From Dehalococcoidia bacterium (lineage in GTDB: Bacteria; Chloroflexota; Dehalococcoidia; Lucifugimonadales; UBA3495): a stretch of 64,000 nucleotides of DNA. Below are positions 1 to 9,248 of the stretch, in pieces. The position numbers and the translations under genes are program-made. Numbering within the stretch: position 1 is the first letter of the stretch; each line of letters starts with the position of its first letter. Below the pieces are notes generated by a model. That model ran no database searches. It was not told where the DNA came from and was given only the letters and a program-made list of their open reading frames with translations. The DNA lies in the NCBI GenBank assembly GCA_030740155.1, contig JASLXV010000069.1:1-64000 (forward strand), written 5' to 3'.

Positions 1-1322
1 TGGCCGAAGGTGGGTTCCCCATCCCGGCGACCCTCCACCGCGCCCTGGTGAACAACCTGGAGAATTCACCCATCTCGGGCTGGCCGACCAGCATGGAGGC
101 CTATTACCCCGGGGGAAAGGTGCCGGACATCGGCGATGTGCTGGTGCAGCCGGACTTGGCGAGGACCTTCCGTCGCCTGATCGAGGTGGAGCGGGATAAC
201 GCTTCCAGGGGCCGGGAGGCCGCGATCCAGGCAGCGCGGGACTTCTTCTACCTGGGTGATATCGGCGAGGAGATGGTACGCTTCGTCCAGGAAGGGGGCG
301 GCCTCCTGACCATGGAGGACCTGGCTGATTTCCACGTGAAGTTGGAGAAGCCGGCCGCCGGGAGCTACAAGGGCATAGATGTTTATACCTGCGGACCCTG
401 GTGCCAGGGCCCGGTGAGCATCGAGACCCTTCAAATCCTTGAAGGATATGACCTCAAGGGTATGGGCCACAACAGCCCGGACTACCTGCACACGCTTCTG
501 GAAGCCCTGAAGATCGCCTTCTCCGACCGCCACAGCTACTACGGAGACCCGGACTTCGTGAACGTCCCCATGGACGGGCTGATGTCCAAAGCTTACGCGG
601 CCGACCGGCGCGGCGCCATCGACCCGCGGCTGGCCACCCCCGAGATGCCCCTTGCCGGGAATCCGTGGGCCTTCCAGAACGGCGATGGTCCCGCCACCCG
701 AGTGGCCCACCCGAAGGCGCTTGCCGGCGTTATGGAGGCGGATACCAGCTACTTGTGCGTGATCGACCGTTGGGGCAACGCCTTTTCCGCGACCCCCAGC
801 GACAGCATGGGCAACACGCCCGTGGCCCGGGGGCTTGGTTTCACGGTCTCATCCCGCGGCTCCCAGACCTGGCTGGACCCGGACCACCCGTGCGCCCTGG
901 TCGCGGGCAAACGGCCGCGGCTCACCCCGAACCCCGCGCTGGCAATGCGGGACGGCAAGGTGTGGATGCCCTTCGGCACTCCCGGCGGGGACGTGCAATG
1001 TCAGTCGATGGTCCAGCTGTTCCTGAATGTGGCCGAGTTCAGGATGGACCTGCAGCAGGCGATTGAAGCTCCCCGGATTTCCACCTGGAGCTTTCCCAAC
1101 TCCTTCTGGCCCCACGCCTACACCCCTGGGGCGGTGGGGGCCGAGGGCCGAATCCCGTCCGACACCCTGGCGGAACTGGAGCGGCGCGGCCACAAGGTGG
1201 AGGTATGGGATGAATGGACGGTGAAGGTGGGTAACCTGTGCGGCATCCAGGTTGACCGGGAGCGGGGCGGACTGAGCGCCGGCGCCGATCCTCGTCGCGA
1301 CGCCTACGCCATGGGCAGGTAA
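1..1322 (+). CDS. ggt: Gamma-glutamyltransferase family protein (5' truncated by window edge)
   Basis: The frame is open from the window start. Motifs LVQPDLARTF, ADTSYLCVID (nucleophile Thr), GKRPRLTP, FGTPGGD and C-terminal AGADPRR. Confidence 0.9.
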   Translation, partial: AEGGFPIPATLHRALVNNLENSPISGWPTSMEAYYPGGKVPDIGDVLVQPDLARTFRRLIEVERDNASRGREAAIQAARDFFYLGDIGEEMVRFVQEGGGLLTMEDLADFHVKLEKPAAGSYKGIDVYTCGPWCQGPVSIETLQILEGYDLKGMGHNSPDYLHTLLEALKIAFSDRHSYYGDPDFVNVPMDGLMSKAYAADRRGAIDPRLATPEMPLAGNPWAFQNGDGPATRVAHPKALAGVMEADTSYLCVIDRWGNAFSATPSDSMGNTPVARGLGFTVSSRGSQTWLDPDHPCALVAGKRPRLTPNPALAMRDGKVWMPFGTPGGDVQCQSMVQLFLNVAEFRMDLQQAIEAPRISTWSFPNSFWPHAYTPGAVGAEGRIPSDTLAELERRGHKVEVWDEWTVKVGNLCGIQVDRERGGLSAGADPRRDAYAMGR

Positions 1323-1419
1323 CCCGGCGAAGCAAGACCATTGTCCGCCACTGAGGCACAGAGAACACAGAACGGCTAAGAGCCTCTGTGTTCTCCGTGT
1401 GTTGGTGGCTTGTCGCCGG

Positions 1420-2168
1420 TTAGTGGGCGGTCCGGCCGCCATCGATTACCAGCTCGCTTCCGGTCACGAATGACGACTCGTCGGAGGCCAGGTAAAGGGC
1501 GCCGTAGGCCACGTCCTCGGGGCGGCCGATCCTGGCCAAGGGGGTCCGTTCCAGGCGGTTCCGGCGGTAGGCTTCGGTGGCCAGCAGTGGGGCCGTCATC
1601 AGCGTCTCGATGGTGCCCGGGTGGACGGAGTTGGCCCGGATGCCCTCGCCAGCGTACTGAATGGCGGTGGCTTTGGTGAATAGACGCACGGCGCCCTTCG
1701 ACGCACTGTAGGCCGCCGAGGTCGGGTTGCCGACCAGGCCTGCCGTCGAGGAGATATTGACTATCGACCCGCCTCCGGCCTTCCGCATCTCGGGGATGGC
1801 GTACTTCGTGCCCAGGAATACGCCCTTGGCGTTGATCTCCATCACCTGGTCCCACACTCTCCGCTGGTCTCCTCCACCCTCTCGGTGCGGTAGATGCCGG
1901 CGTTGTTGACCAGCACGTCCAGTTTGCCGAACCGCTCCACCGTGGCGGCGACGGCCTTGATCCAATCTGACTCACTGGAAACGTCCAGCCGGACGAATAA
2001 GCACTCGCCGCCGCTCTCTCCGATCTCGGCCTCCGTGCGGCGGCCCTCTTCCTCTAGGACGTCGCCGATGACCACCTTGGCGCCTTCACCGGCAAATAGC
2101 TTGGCCTCCGCGGCGCCCATCCCTCTGGCGCCTCCGCTGATAAGGACAACTTTGTTCTCCAGCCGCAC
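1420..2168 (-). pseudogene. Short-chain dehydrogenase/reductase (SDR) interrupted by a 1-bp frameshift near 1857
   Basis: The N-half (GGARGMG, NNAG) is in ORF 1842..2243 and the C-half (YSASK, NSVHPG) in ORF 1420..1965. GGAGG precedes GTG at 2168. The junction GAG-TG-TGG lacks one base relative to the adjacent paralog (E-x-WDQVM). May be a sequencing error. Confidence 0.85.
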
Positions 2169-2395
2169 TGTGCTACCTCCTTCATGGATAACTGCTTTCT
2201 CACTCGATACTCCTTCGACCCTGGATATTCCCTGTCGGGCCATCCGGGCGGAGCCGCAAGGAAATACAGGGTCTAGAGCGCAATACGAGTTGCGAGCAAT
2301 TCAGAGACGGGGCACTGGTGTCCACCGCTCCAGATACCGAGGCGGCCGCGGCCGCCAGCCAAAACGTCTTGGGGTATCCCCGGCCTGTGACGGGC

Positions 2396-3148
2396 CTACT
2401 GGGCCGTCAGGCCAGCATCTATAACCAACTCGCTTCCGGTGACGAAAGAGGACTCATCGGAGGCCAGGTAAAGCACGCCGTTGGCCACATCCACCGGTTG
2501 CCCCAGCCGGCCGAGAGGAGCCCTGGCGATATGAGTCTGGCGGCCGGCCTCGTCGGGAAGCAAGGTGCCGGCCGTCATCAAGGTCTCAACGACCCCCGGA
2601 TGGACCGAGTTCGCCCGGATGCCGTAGCGGGCACACTGGATGGCCGTGGCCTTGGTGAACAGACGCACGGCCCCTTTTGACGCACTATAGGCCGCCGCCA
2701 GGGCGCTACCGACCAGCCCGGCGATTGATGAGATGTTTATGATCGAGCCGCCACCGACGGTTCGCATCTCGGGGATGACATACTTCGTGCCCAGGAAGAC
2801 GCCTTTGGCGTTGATCGCCATCACCTGATCCCACATCTCCGGGCTAGTCTCCTCGACCCTTCCCAAGGGGAAGATCCCGGCATTGTTGACCAGAACGTCC
2901 AGCTTGCCGAACCGGGCTACCGTAGCGCCGACGGCCCGCCGCCAGTCGTCCTCGCTGGTGACGTCGAGCCTGACGAACAGGCACTTGCCGCCGCTTTCGT
3001 TGATTTGGGCCTCGGTCTGCCGGCCTTCTTCCTCCAGGATGTCGCCAATGACCAGGCTGGCTCCTTCGCGGGCGAACAGCCTGGCTTCTGCAGCGCCCAT
3101 ACCCCTGGCCCCGCCGCTGATCAGAGCAACCTTGTTCTCCAGCCGCAT
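2396..3148 (-). CDS. SDR family oxidoreductase, tandem paralog of 1420..2168
   Basis: ISGGARGMG, NNAG and YSASK motifs; 250 aa; GGAGG RBS. Confidence 0.93.
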   Translation of the reverse strand: MRLENKVALISGGARGMGAAEARLFAREGASLVIGDILEEEGRQTEAQINESGGKCLFVRLDVTSEDDWRRAVGATVARFGKLDVLVNNAGIFPLGRVEETSPEMWDQVMAINAKGVFLGTKYVIPEMRTVGGGSIINISSIAGLVGSALAAAYSASKGAVRLFTKATAIQCARYGIRANSVHPGVVETLMTAGTLLPDEAGRQTHIARAPLGRLGQPVDVANGVLYLASDESSFVTGSELVIDAGLTAQ

Positions 3149-3334
3149 TGCGGTGCCTCCACCGGGTCGCCTGCGTCGATTCTAGTACCTTGAGAGCCGA
3201 AGTCAAGGGTATGCCGCCGACGGCTCCCCAGCCTGCCTTCGGAGGGCCACTCGATTCTGCCTACCCTGCCGATGGACTGCGTGGCCAACAAGGCTTACTC
3301 AGGCTCCATTGCGCTCGGTCCCCTCCCCGCCATG

Positions 3335-3398
3335 GTCTTTCCGGCGAAGGCCGGAACCCAGAGAAGCGTGCTGAATCCAGGCGGCCCACGGAATGACG
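3335..3398. repeat. REP-like palindromic element
   Basis: GTCTTTCCGGCGAAGGCCGGAACCCAG (CCGG/CCGG stem) followed by GGAATGAC; intergenic between divergent genes. Confidence 0.5.
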
Positions 3399-3579
3399 GA
3401 CCGGGAATCGGCCCATTCGCGAAACACCGGACGCGAGATAATTGACCCTGCGTGGCGCCGTCTATAGACTGATAAGAGTACATCCAGGAAAAGTCATCGC
3501 CCGCCGCCGGGTGCTGAATGCCCCGCGGGCAGATTTTCCCGCCCGCCGCGAGACGAGAAGAGGCTTGAAGCCTTTGGCC

Positions 3580-4134
3580 ATGACTCCGGAAATATGTCCG
3601 CCTTCTCCCGTCACCCGCCCGGCGGTGCGCCGGTGGCAGAGGGCCGCCGCCCGGATAATATTCCCCATATTGCTGCTGCTCCTGCTTGCCTGCAGCCGCG
3701 GCCCGCAAGCGGAGAAGGCCCCGGACTTCCTGGTGACCAGCTTCGACGGCGCGGAGTTCAAGCTATCGGCCCAAGAAGGCCGCAACGCGGTGGTGCTCAA
3801 CTTCTGGTACCCCACCTGCCCGCCTTGCCGGGCGGAAATGCCTGCCTTCGAGAAAGCCTGGCAGCAGCTAAAGGATGAAGAGGTCCGGTTCCTGGGAATG
3901 TTCGTGCCCCAGGGCTTCGATTCCGAGCAGGACGCGAAGGATTTCATCGACGAGTTGGGGTTGACCTACCAGTTCGCCACCGACCAGGGGGGCCGGATCG
4001 CCTATTCGTACCAACTGGAGCACTTCCCCACGACTTACTTCATCGACAAATCGGGGCGGATCTTCAAGAAGCACATCAGCACCCTCGACGAGGATGGAAT
4101 AGTCCGCATCGTGCGCGAAATGGCCCAGGGTTAG
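3580..4134 (+). CDS. TlpA/ResA-like thiol-disulfide oxidoreductase lipoprotein
   Basis: Lipobox LLLAC, APDF, NFWYPTCPPCRAEMP (CxxC), PTTYFIDKSG. Start position uncertain. Confidence 0.85.
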   Translation: MTPEICPPSPVTRPAVRRWQRAAARIIFPILLLLLLACSRGPQAEKAPDFLVTSFDGAEFKLSAQEGRNAVVLNFWYPTCPPCRAEMPAFEKAWQQLKDEEVRFLGMFVPQGFDSEQDAKDFIDELGLTYQFATDQGGRIAYSYQLEHFPTTYFIDKSGRIFKKHISTLDEDGIVRIVREMAQG

Positions 4135-4187
4135 TTCCACGTGGCTACGCGGGAATTGCAGCCGACGGTTATGGACGGCCCTCGAGC

Positions 4188-4667
4188 ATGAGTGTCCTGG
4201 ACTGGATTCTGGTAGTCATCCGTTGGGGCCATGCCCTGGCCGCCGTGGCTTGGGTGGGCGGAGGCCTCTTCTACCTGATGGTGTTGCGCCCGAGCATCCG
4301 GCGGTCTCCCCTCCCACTGGAGACCGGACGGACCCTCGGCGTCGAGTTTCGAGGGCTGATTGGCACCGCCATCGGGGTGTTGCTGATCACCGGCGTCATT
4401 CTCTCGGCGGCCAGGCTAACCGAGGACGCAGTAAGCGTGGCCTATGTGGCCGTCCTGGCCGTGAAAATAGTCCTGGCGATGTACATGTTCTATATCGTTC
4501 GGTTTCTGCGCCGGCAGAGCTACCCGGAGGAGGCGGCCCCGGAGCGGGGCTGGTGGGCCCGGACCCGTGGCCGTCTGACCGGTACAACCGCCGTACTGAT
4601 AATTGGACTGGTGGTCTTTGGCCTGGCCGACATCCTCTCCGCCCTGTTCGAGCAGGGACTGGCGTAG
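4188..4667 (+). CDS. Membrane protein, CopD/DUF4149-like (about 4 TM helices)
   Basis: RWGHALAAVAWVGG motif and four hydrophobic segments. Confidence 0.65.
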   Translation: MSVLDWILVVIRWGHALAAVAWVGGGLFYLMVLRPSIRRSPLPLETGRTLGVEFRGLIGTAIGVLLITGVILSAARLTEDAVSVAYVAVLAVKIVLAMYMFYIVRFLRRQSYPEEAAPERGWWARTRGRLTGTTAVLIIGLVVFGLADILSALFEQGLA

Positions 4668-4736
4668 CCGGGGGACCGCCGGACCGGAGGGTTATCCTCG
4701 TATCAGCAGGCCGGCCATCACCATTCCGCCGGCTGG

Positions 4737-4757
4737 GCTGATAGCTGAAAGCTGACC
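4737..4757. repeat. 7-bp GCTGANN tandem repeat (dispersed family)
   Basis: GCTGATA-GCTGAAA-GCTGACC. Similar runs near 7495, 32234, 39465, 41364, 43088, 44358, 55702 and 56485. Confidence 0.7.
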
Positions 4758-4773
4758 GCCAAATGGAGGGCCA

Positions 4774-4956
4774 TTGAAAAAGGCGCTTATGGAAATCCTG
4801 GCCTGCCCGGTGTGCAAGGGCGAGCTGGAACTGAAGGTGGAAACCGAGGAAGGGGATGAGGTGGTCACCGGGTCGCTGATCTGCCACCAGTGCAACGAGA
4901 CCTATCCCATCGAAGATACCATCCCCAACCTGTTGCCGCCCGACATGCGTAGCTGA
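4774..4956 (+). CDS. Trm112 family protein
   Basis: LMEILACPVCKG...LICHQC...YPIEDTIPNLL; GGAGG before the TTG start. Confidence 0.9.
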   Translation: MKKALMEILACPVCKGELELKVETEEGDEVVTGSLICHQCNETYPIEDTIPNLLPPDMRS

Positions 4957-4989
4957 ACACGCACACGGGAAGCGGCCGGAGTGGAGTTA

Positions 4990-5059
4990 GCCACAGAGGC
5001 ACAGAGGCACAGAGACATAAATAAGACGTAATAACTCTGTGTCTCTGTGCCTCTGTGGC
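4990..5059. repeat. Inverted repeat of CACAGAGG/A octamers (dispersed family), between convergent genes
   Basis: GCCACAGAGGCACAGAGGCACAGAG (4990-5014) pairs with CTCTGTGTCTCTGTGCCTCTGTGGC (5035-5059). Confidence 0.8.
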
Positions 5060-5104
5060 CATCTTCCCGTGAGTCGCCTTAAGGGCACGTGCCTTGGCGG
5101 GACC

Positions 5105-5650
5105 CTAACGCCCGTCGCCGACCAGGACCCGGACCACCTGTGGCGCCAATTCCTCGGCCCGGAGGCGCAGCTGCTCCCGGGTGAGGTTCTCGATGGGATG
5201 CTCGGTGAACAGGGTGGGGTAGTCGGGCGCGCCCCACATCTTGGCCATGCCCGCCGCGGTTGGATGGAAGCGATCGGTACAGATGGTGGCCGAGGGTATG
5301 CCGGCGTTCTCCACGTGGATGCCGTCGTGCACACTGCACGCGCTGCAGGAGCCTCAATCGCCGACGGCGACGATCACCGAGTCGCAGCTCTCCGCCAGCT
5401 CCCGGATCACCTCCGGGTCCGCCGGTTTGGAAGCGCTGGGCTTCCGGTGCCACTTGACGTCGGAGATCTCGTACCGGGTCCGGAGAAGGTCCACCAGCTC
5501 CTCCAGCAGCACGTCGGCGTTCCGTTTGCTATCGTCAATGACACCCAGCCGGGTCCCCGCCAGGGTGGGCAGCCGGGGCGCGCCGTCGAAAGGCGCGATG
5601 ATGGCTTCGGTGGTCGGGTTGACCAATATGTGTTCGGTTCCTTCAGGCAT
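5105..5650 (-). CDS. UGSC-motif selenoprotein (thioredoxin-like), Sec encoded by in-frame TGA at 5354-5356
   Basis: ORFs 5354..5818 and 5105..5332 share a frame and join as VAVGD-U-GSCSACSVHDG. AAGGAGG precedes ATG at 5650. A hairpin follows the TGA. Confidence 0.88.
5326..5340 (-). promoter_or_regulatory. Candidate bacterial SECIS hairpin
   Basis: CGTGCA-GTG-TGCACG is a perfect 6-bp stem with a G-containing loop, starting 13 nt after the UGA. Confidence 0.6.
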
Positions 5651-5718
5651 GATTTCCTCCTTCGGCCGTGGGACAACTGCTTCAAACTCCGGTTCGCCGG
5701 CAGATGATCGATTCGGCG

Positions 5719-6327
5719 CTACGCGGGAGAATAGACGAAGGGAGAGAACTCCCCGTATTTTCCGCTGTAGTCGAAGGTCATGCCCTCGACGTTGAACCGG
5801 TGGGTATCGGCGGAGCATAGCTCTTGGACATTCGACGTGAACCCCGTCGGCTTGTTCAAGGTTGCCAGCTCGTCTTCGCCGGTCACGGGATTCTTCATCG
5901 GCCCGAACTGCAATTCCAGGACGCCGGGGATAGTTACTCTGCTGCGGATTCCGTCCAATCGAAGGTTAATGGGCAGGTAGCGAAAACCTCGAAAGTCGGA
6001 AGTGAGGTCCATGAAGACGCTGAAAGGCGGGACTTCTTGGATCAAGGCTTCTACGGTGGTCCGCTGCTTCAGAGGTACCTGGTCGTCGATCATGACCACC
6101 GTTGTGGCATTTCCCTCGTGGACGGCGCCGGGGAATCTGTTGTATATGGCAAAAGTGCTCCCGTCCAACGCGGTCCCGGCGTAGTGGCCATGCTCCACGT
6201 GCCATACATAGTTGCCCTCGCAGTATCCCGGCGTGGGCGGCTCCTCGAAGTTGCAGGGGCAACCCCAGCCGCAGTTACAGGCCCCCAACAGGGTCCCCTT
6301 CAGCAGGTACGTCTTTTTCTCAGCCAA
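5719..6327 (-). CDS. DUF1326 family Cys-rich protein
   Basis: GACNCGWGCPC...PTPGYCEG N-terminal motif, then HVEHGHY and PGAVHEGN. Confidence 0.8.
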   Translation of the reverse strand: MAEKKTYLLKGTLLGACNCGWGCPCNFEEPPTPGYCEGNYVWHVEHGHYAGTALDGSTFAIYNRFPGAVHEGNATTVVMIDDQVPLKQRTTVEALIQEVPPFSVFMDLTSDFRGFRYLPINLRLDGIRSRVTIPGVLELQFGPMKNPVTGEDELATLNKPTGFTSNVQELCSADTHRFNVEGMTFDYSGKYGEFSPFVYSPA

Positions 6328-6367
6328 GCGTGCCTCGCTTCAGTGTGGGGCGCCCGCCCGGATGCCC

Positions 6368-7429
6368 TCAATTTGCGACCGCCTTGGTCACCGCGGTGGA
6401 ACCGACCTTCGGTCCCCAACTGGGGATGACCGAGGACATGTTGGCCTCCACGCCTCCGGCGAACACCAGGAGGATGTCCTCCGGCTCCGGCACCAGAGAC
6501 AGGAACCTCCCGTCGTCTCCCGGCTCAACCGGCTCAGGCAACACCCACGCGTTTTTCAAATCGGCCACCGACCGGCGGATTCGGGTGTGAAGATAGTTGC
6601 GGACCTGCTCTTTGGTCCAGTCGCGCCAGAGGGTAGAGTTGCCGGCGATGGTCACCACGATCTCTCCCTGGCGTATCCGGACGCTGGGATCGCCCACGGA
6701 GCCGGAGGTGGACATGCTGGTACCCAGGCTGGAGGCCACGTCGGCGACAGAGTGCAGGATGGCCTCCGGCTCCCCACGGGCCCGGACCTGCCGGGGGGCC
6801 TCGGAGGCGAACACGGTCACCGCGCTCTGGCCGGGAGCAAAGCCACGCTCCACGTGCAATGGGGTCCAATGGGTCTCGGTTTCCGCCTCGGCGATGCAAT
6901 AGGAGAGCTTGCCCGGATGGCCGAGCACCGAGCGGTCGAACAGGCCGGGGATGGCGGCGCAGGCGTTCATCAGGATCAGACGAACCGCCCGGCCGATGGT
7001 CATGTTGGCCCGGTTGCCGGGACCGAAGAGGTTGTTCCTGGTGTTGATGTTCAGCTCTTGAACCACCGGGCCGTTGACGATGACCAGGATCGCCGACCCG
7101 CCCATACTGGATGAAGGCCCTACCAGGTTAAACACGGGGTCCAGCATCGCCTCGGTGGTGGCAATGAGCACCGGCAGATGTTCCGGGAGACACCCGGCCA
7201 TCACCGCGTTGGCGGCGACCTTACCGACGGTTATCTCGCGGCGGCGCTCCGGAAGCTCCCCCACCACCTCTGAGGCGGGGCGTCCCACGGATTCCACGAA
7301 CTGGCCGACCCGGTGTTCGGTGGGAGGCGCCACGGGAAGGCCATCGGTCCAGCCCAACTCGTGGCAGCGCTCGATGGCCTCCAGGGCGCTATCCCAACGG
7401 ACGGTGGTGGTTTCCCCAAGATCGCTCAA
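6368..7429 (-). CDS. Conserved protein of the family found with UGSC (seleno)proteins
   Basis: GWTDGLPVAPPT, KVAANAVMAGC, PGNRANMTIGRAVRL, GHPGK, WTPLHVERGF. TTG start at 7429 is inferred. Confidence 0.75.
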   Translation of the reverse strand: MSDLGETTTVRWDSALEAIERCHELGWTDGLPVAPPTEHRVGQFVESVGRPASEVVGELPERRREITVGKVAANAVMAGCLPEHLPVLIATTEAMLDPVFNLVGPSSSMGGSAILVIVNGPVVQELNINTRNNLFGPGNRANMTIGRAVRLILMNACAAIPGLFDRSVLGHPGKLSYCIAEAETETHWTPLHVERGFAPGQSAVTVFASEAPRQVRARGEPEAILHSVADVASSLGTSMSTSGSVGDPSVRIRQGEIVVTIAGNSTLWRDWTKEQVRNYLHTRIRRSVADLKNAWVLPEPVEPGDDGRFLSLVPEPEDILLVFAGGVEANMSSVIPSWGPKVGSTAVTKAVAN

Positions 7430-7528
7430 ACTCGTGCCCCCCTTGAGGATGAGCCATCGGCTCGCGGATCGACGCCGATGGCTCACTGCTGTTCGCTGAT
7501 AGCTGTTAGCCGATGGCCGGCCGCTACC

Positions 7529-8473
7529 CTACCAGTTGCGGTCGTACTTGGACAGGCTGCGCAGCTCCTTGGGCGGGTCCATCTTGGAGCCGCGGATGGT
7601 GAAAGACACCTCGCCCACGTAGATGGCGCCCTTGGAGTCCACCGCGACGCTGTGGGGCGCGATGAACTGGCCCGCTCCTTCGCCCTCCTCTTGGGCGCCG
7701 AAGATACACACCCTCTTGCCGTTCAGGTCGTAGACGGTGACGCGGTGGCCCAGGCCGGGGGCGTCGTCGACTCCGCCCATTCCGTTGAGTTCTCCCACGT
7801 AGATATGGTCCTGCCACAGCACCATGGCATCCGGCCGGTGGATATTGTTCCACATGGTGATGAAGTTGCCCTTGGGGTCGAATATCTGAATCCGGTGGCA
7901 CTCCCGGTCCACCACGTAGACCCGGTCGTTGCTGTCCACGGCGATGTTGTGGGGCCGAATGAACTGGCCGGCGTCGATTCCGGGGCTGCCCCAGGAGAGC
8001 TTGTATTCCCCGGACGACGTGTACACGTGGATTCGGGAGTTGCCGTAGCCGTCGGAGACGTAGATATCGCCGTTGCTGGGCATGATCGCCGCGGAGGTCG
8101 GGCGGTTGAAGGGCTGGCCGCTCCACCTGGGGGCTGGGTTGTTGCGCTCCCCGATCTCCATCAATTTTTCCCCATCGGGGCTGAACTTCTGGATGGTGTG
8201 GATCCCGTCGTCGGCTATCAGCAACGAGTCGTCGTGGGCGATGTACAGCCCGTGGGTCCGATTGCTGAAGTAGCCCTCACCGAAGGTCCGGACGAAGTTC
8301 CCTTCCCGGTCCAGGACAATAATGGGATGCTCTCCCCGGGTGAGGACGTACACGTTGTCCTTGGAGTCGACCGCCACGCCGGGGCACTCGTGGAAGGTAG
8401 TGCCCGCGGGCAATTTGGCCCAGTCATCAACAAACTTGTATTGAAAGTCGCCGCCGCCGTAGGTATTAGCCAT
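7529..8473 (-). CDS. NHL-repeat beta-propeller (peptidyl-alpha-hydroxyglycine lyase-like)
   Basis: Repeated GQFxxPHxIAVDSxxxVYVxD units; SDGYGNSRIH. Confidence 0.88.
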   Translation of the reverse strand: MANTYGGGDFQYKFVDDWAKLPAGTTFHECPGVAVDSKDNVYVLTRGEHPIIVLDREGNFVRTFGEGYFSNRTHGLYIAHDDSLLIADDGIHTIQKFSPDGEKLMEIGERNNPAPRWSGQPFNRPTSAAIMPSNGDIYVSDGYGNSRIHVYTSSGEYKLSWGSPGIDAGQFIRPHNIAVDSNDRVYVVDRECHRIQIFDPKGNFITMWNNIHRPDAMVLWQDHIYVGELNGMGGVDDAPGLGHRVTVYDLNGKRVCIFGAQEEGEGAGQFIAPHSVAVDSKGAIYVGEVSFTIRGSKMDPPKELRSLSKYDRNW

Positions 8474-8658
8474 TACTCCCCCTAATAATCCGTTTTCGCC
8501 GCGTCCCCAGTCGCTCGGCGTCAGAGTGGAAATGCGCGGAGATCGCGGGCCGAAGCTAACTGAGGATAACCTTCATGGCAGGTGAAGATTATCCTAGAGT
8601 GTCTCAAATGAAGTGTCAATGGGACCTAGGGAGGGTGGCCCGTCGGAGTGCCCCGGCT

Positions 8659-9027
8659 CTATGCGGCCGATGGGTCATCCTGATACAGGCCGAAGGCATT
8701 ACCCTCGGTGTCCCGGCAGACGGCGACGTAGCCCATACCCGGAATCGCCATCTTGGGCATCCACAAGCTTCCGCCGCCCTCCACCGCCTTCTGGGCGAAC
8801 TCGTCCACCGACGGCACGTCCACGTAGTTGATGCCGGTGGCAGCCGGGTCGGGGCGCTTCATTATCGCGCCGTCAATTCCCGGCTCCTGGTCCTCGCCGG
8901 TGTTTACGAGCCAGTACTCCACGGGGCCGTCCCAGCCTTTGATCTTCCATCCGAACAGGTCGCCGTAGAATTTGACTGCCCTTTGCACGTCGTCGGCATG
9001 TATCTCGAAATGCACTACCCTGGGCAT
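8659..9027 (-). CDS. VOC/glyoxalase family protein
   Basis: VVHFEIHADD...FYGDLFGW...DTEGNAFGL. Confidence 0.9.
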   Translation of the reverse strand: MPRVVHFEIHADDVQRAVKFYGDLFGWKIKGWDGPVEYWLVNTGEDQEPGIDGAIMKRPDPAATGINYVDVPSVDEFAQKAVEGGGSLWMPKMAIPGMGYVAVCRDTEGNAFGLYQDDPSAA

Positions 9028-9248
9028 AACCCATCCTCATCAACCGTCTAGTACCCCATGTAGCGTAACCTTGCTGAAAACGAATGAACCCCTACCTTCT
9101 CCAGCGAGTTGGAAGGAACCAGTACTCCCCCCTTTGCGAAAGGGGGGAGTTACAGGAGGGGGACCGCACCTCAACTAGTGCCGCTCCACGAAACCGGCCG
9201 CCGAGTTTCTCGCCCCCTTCTCCGTGTCTCTGTGGCCAACGGGAGAGC

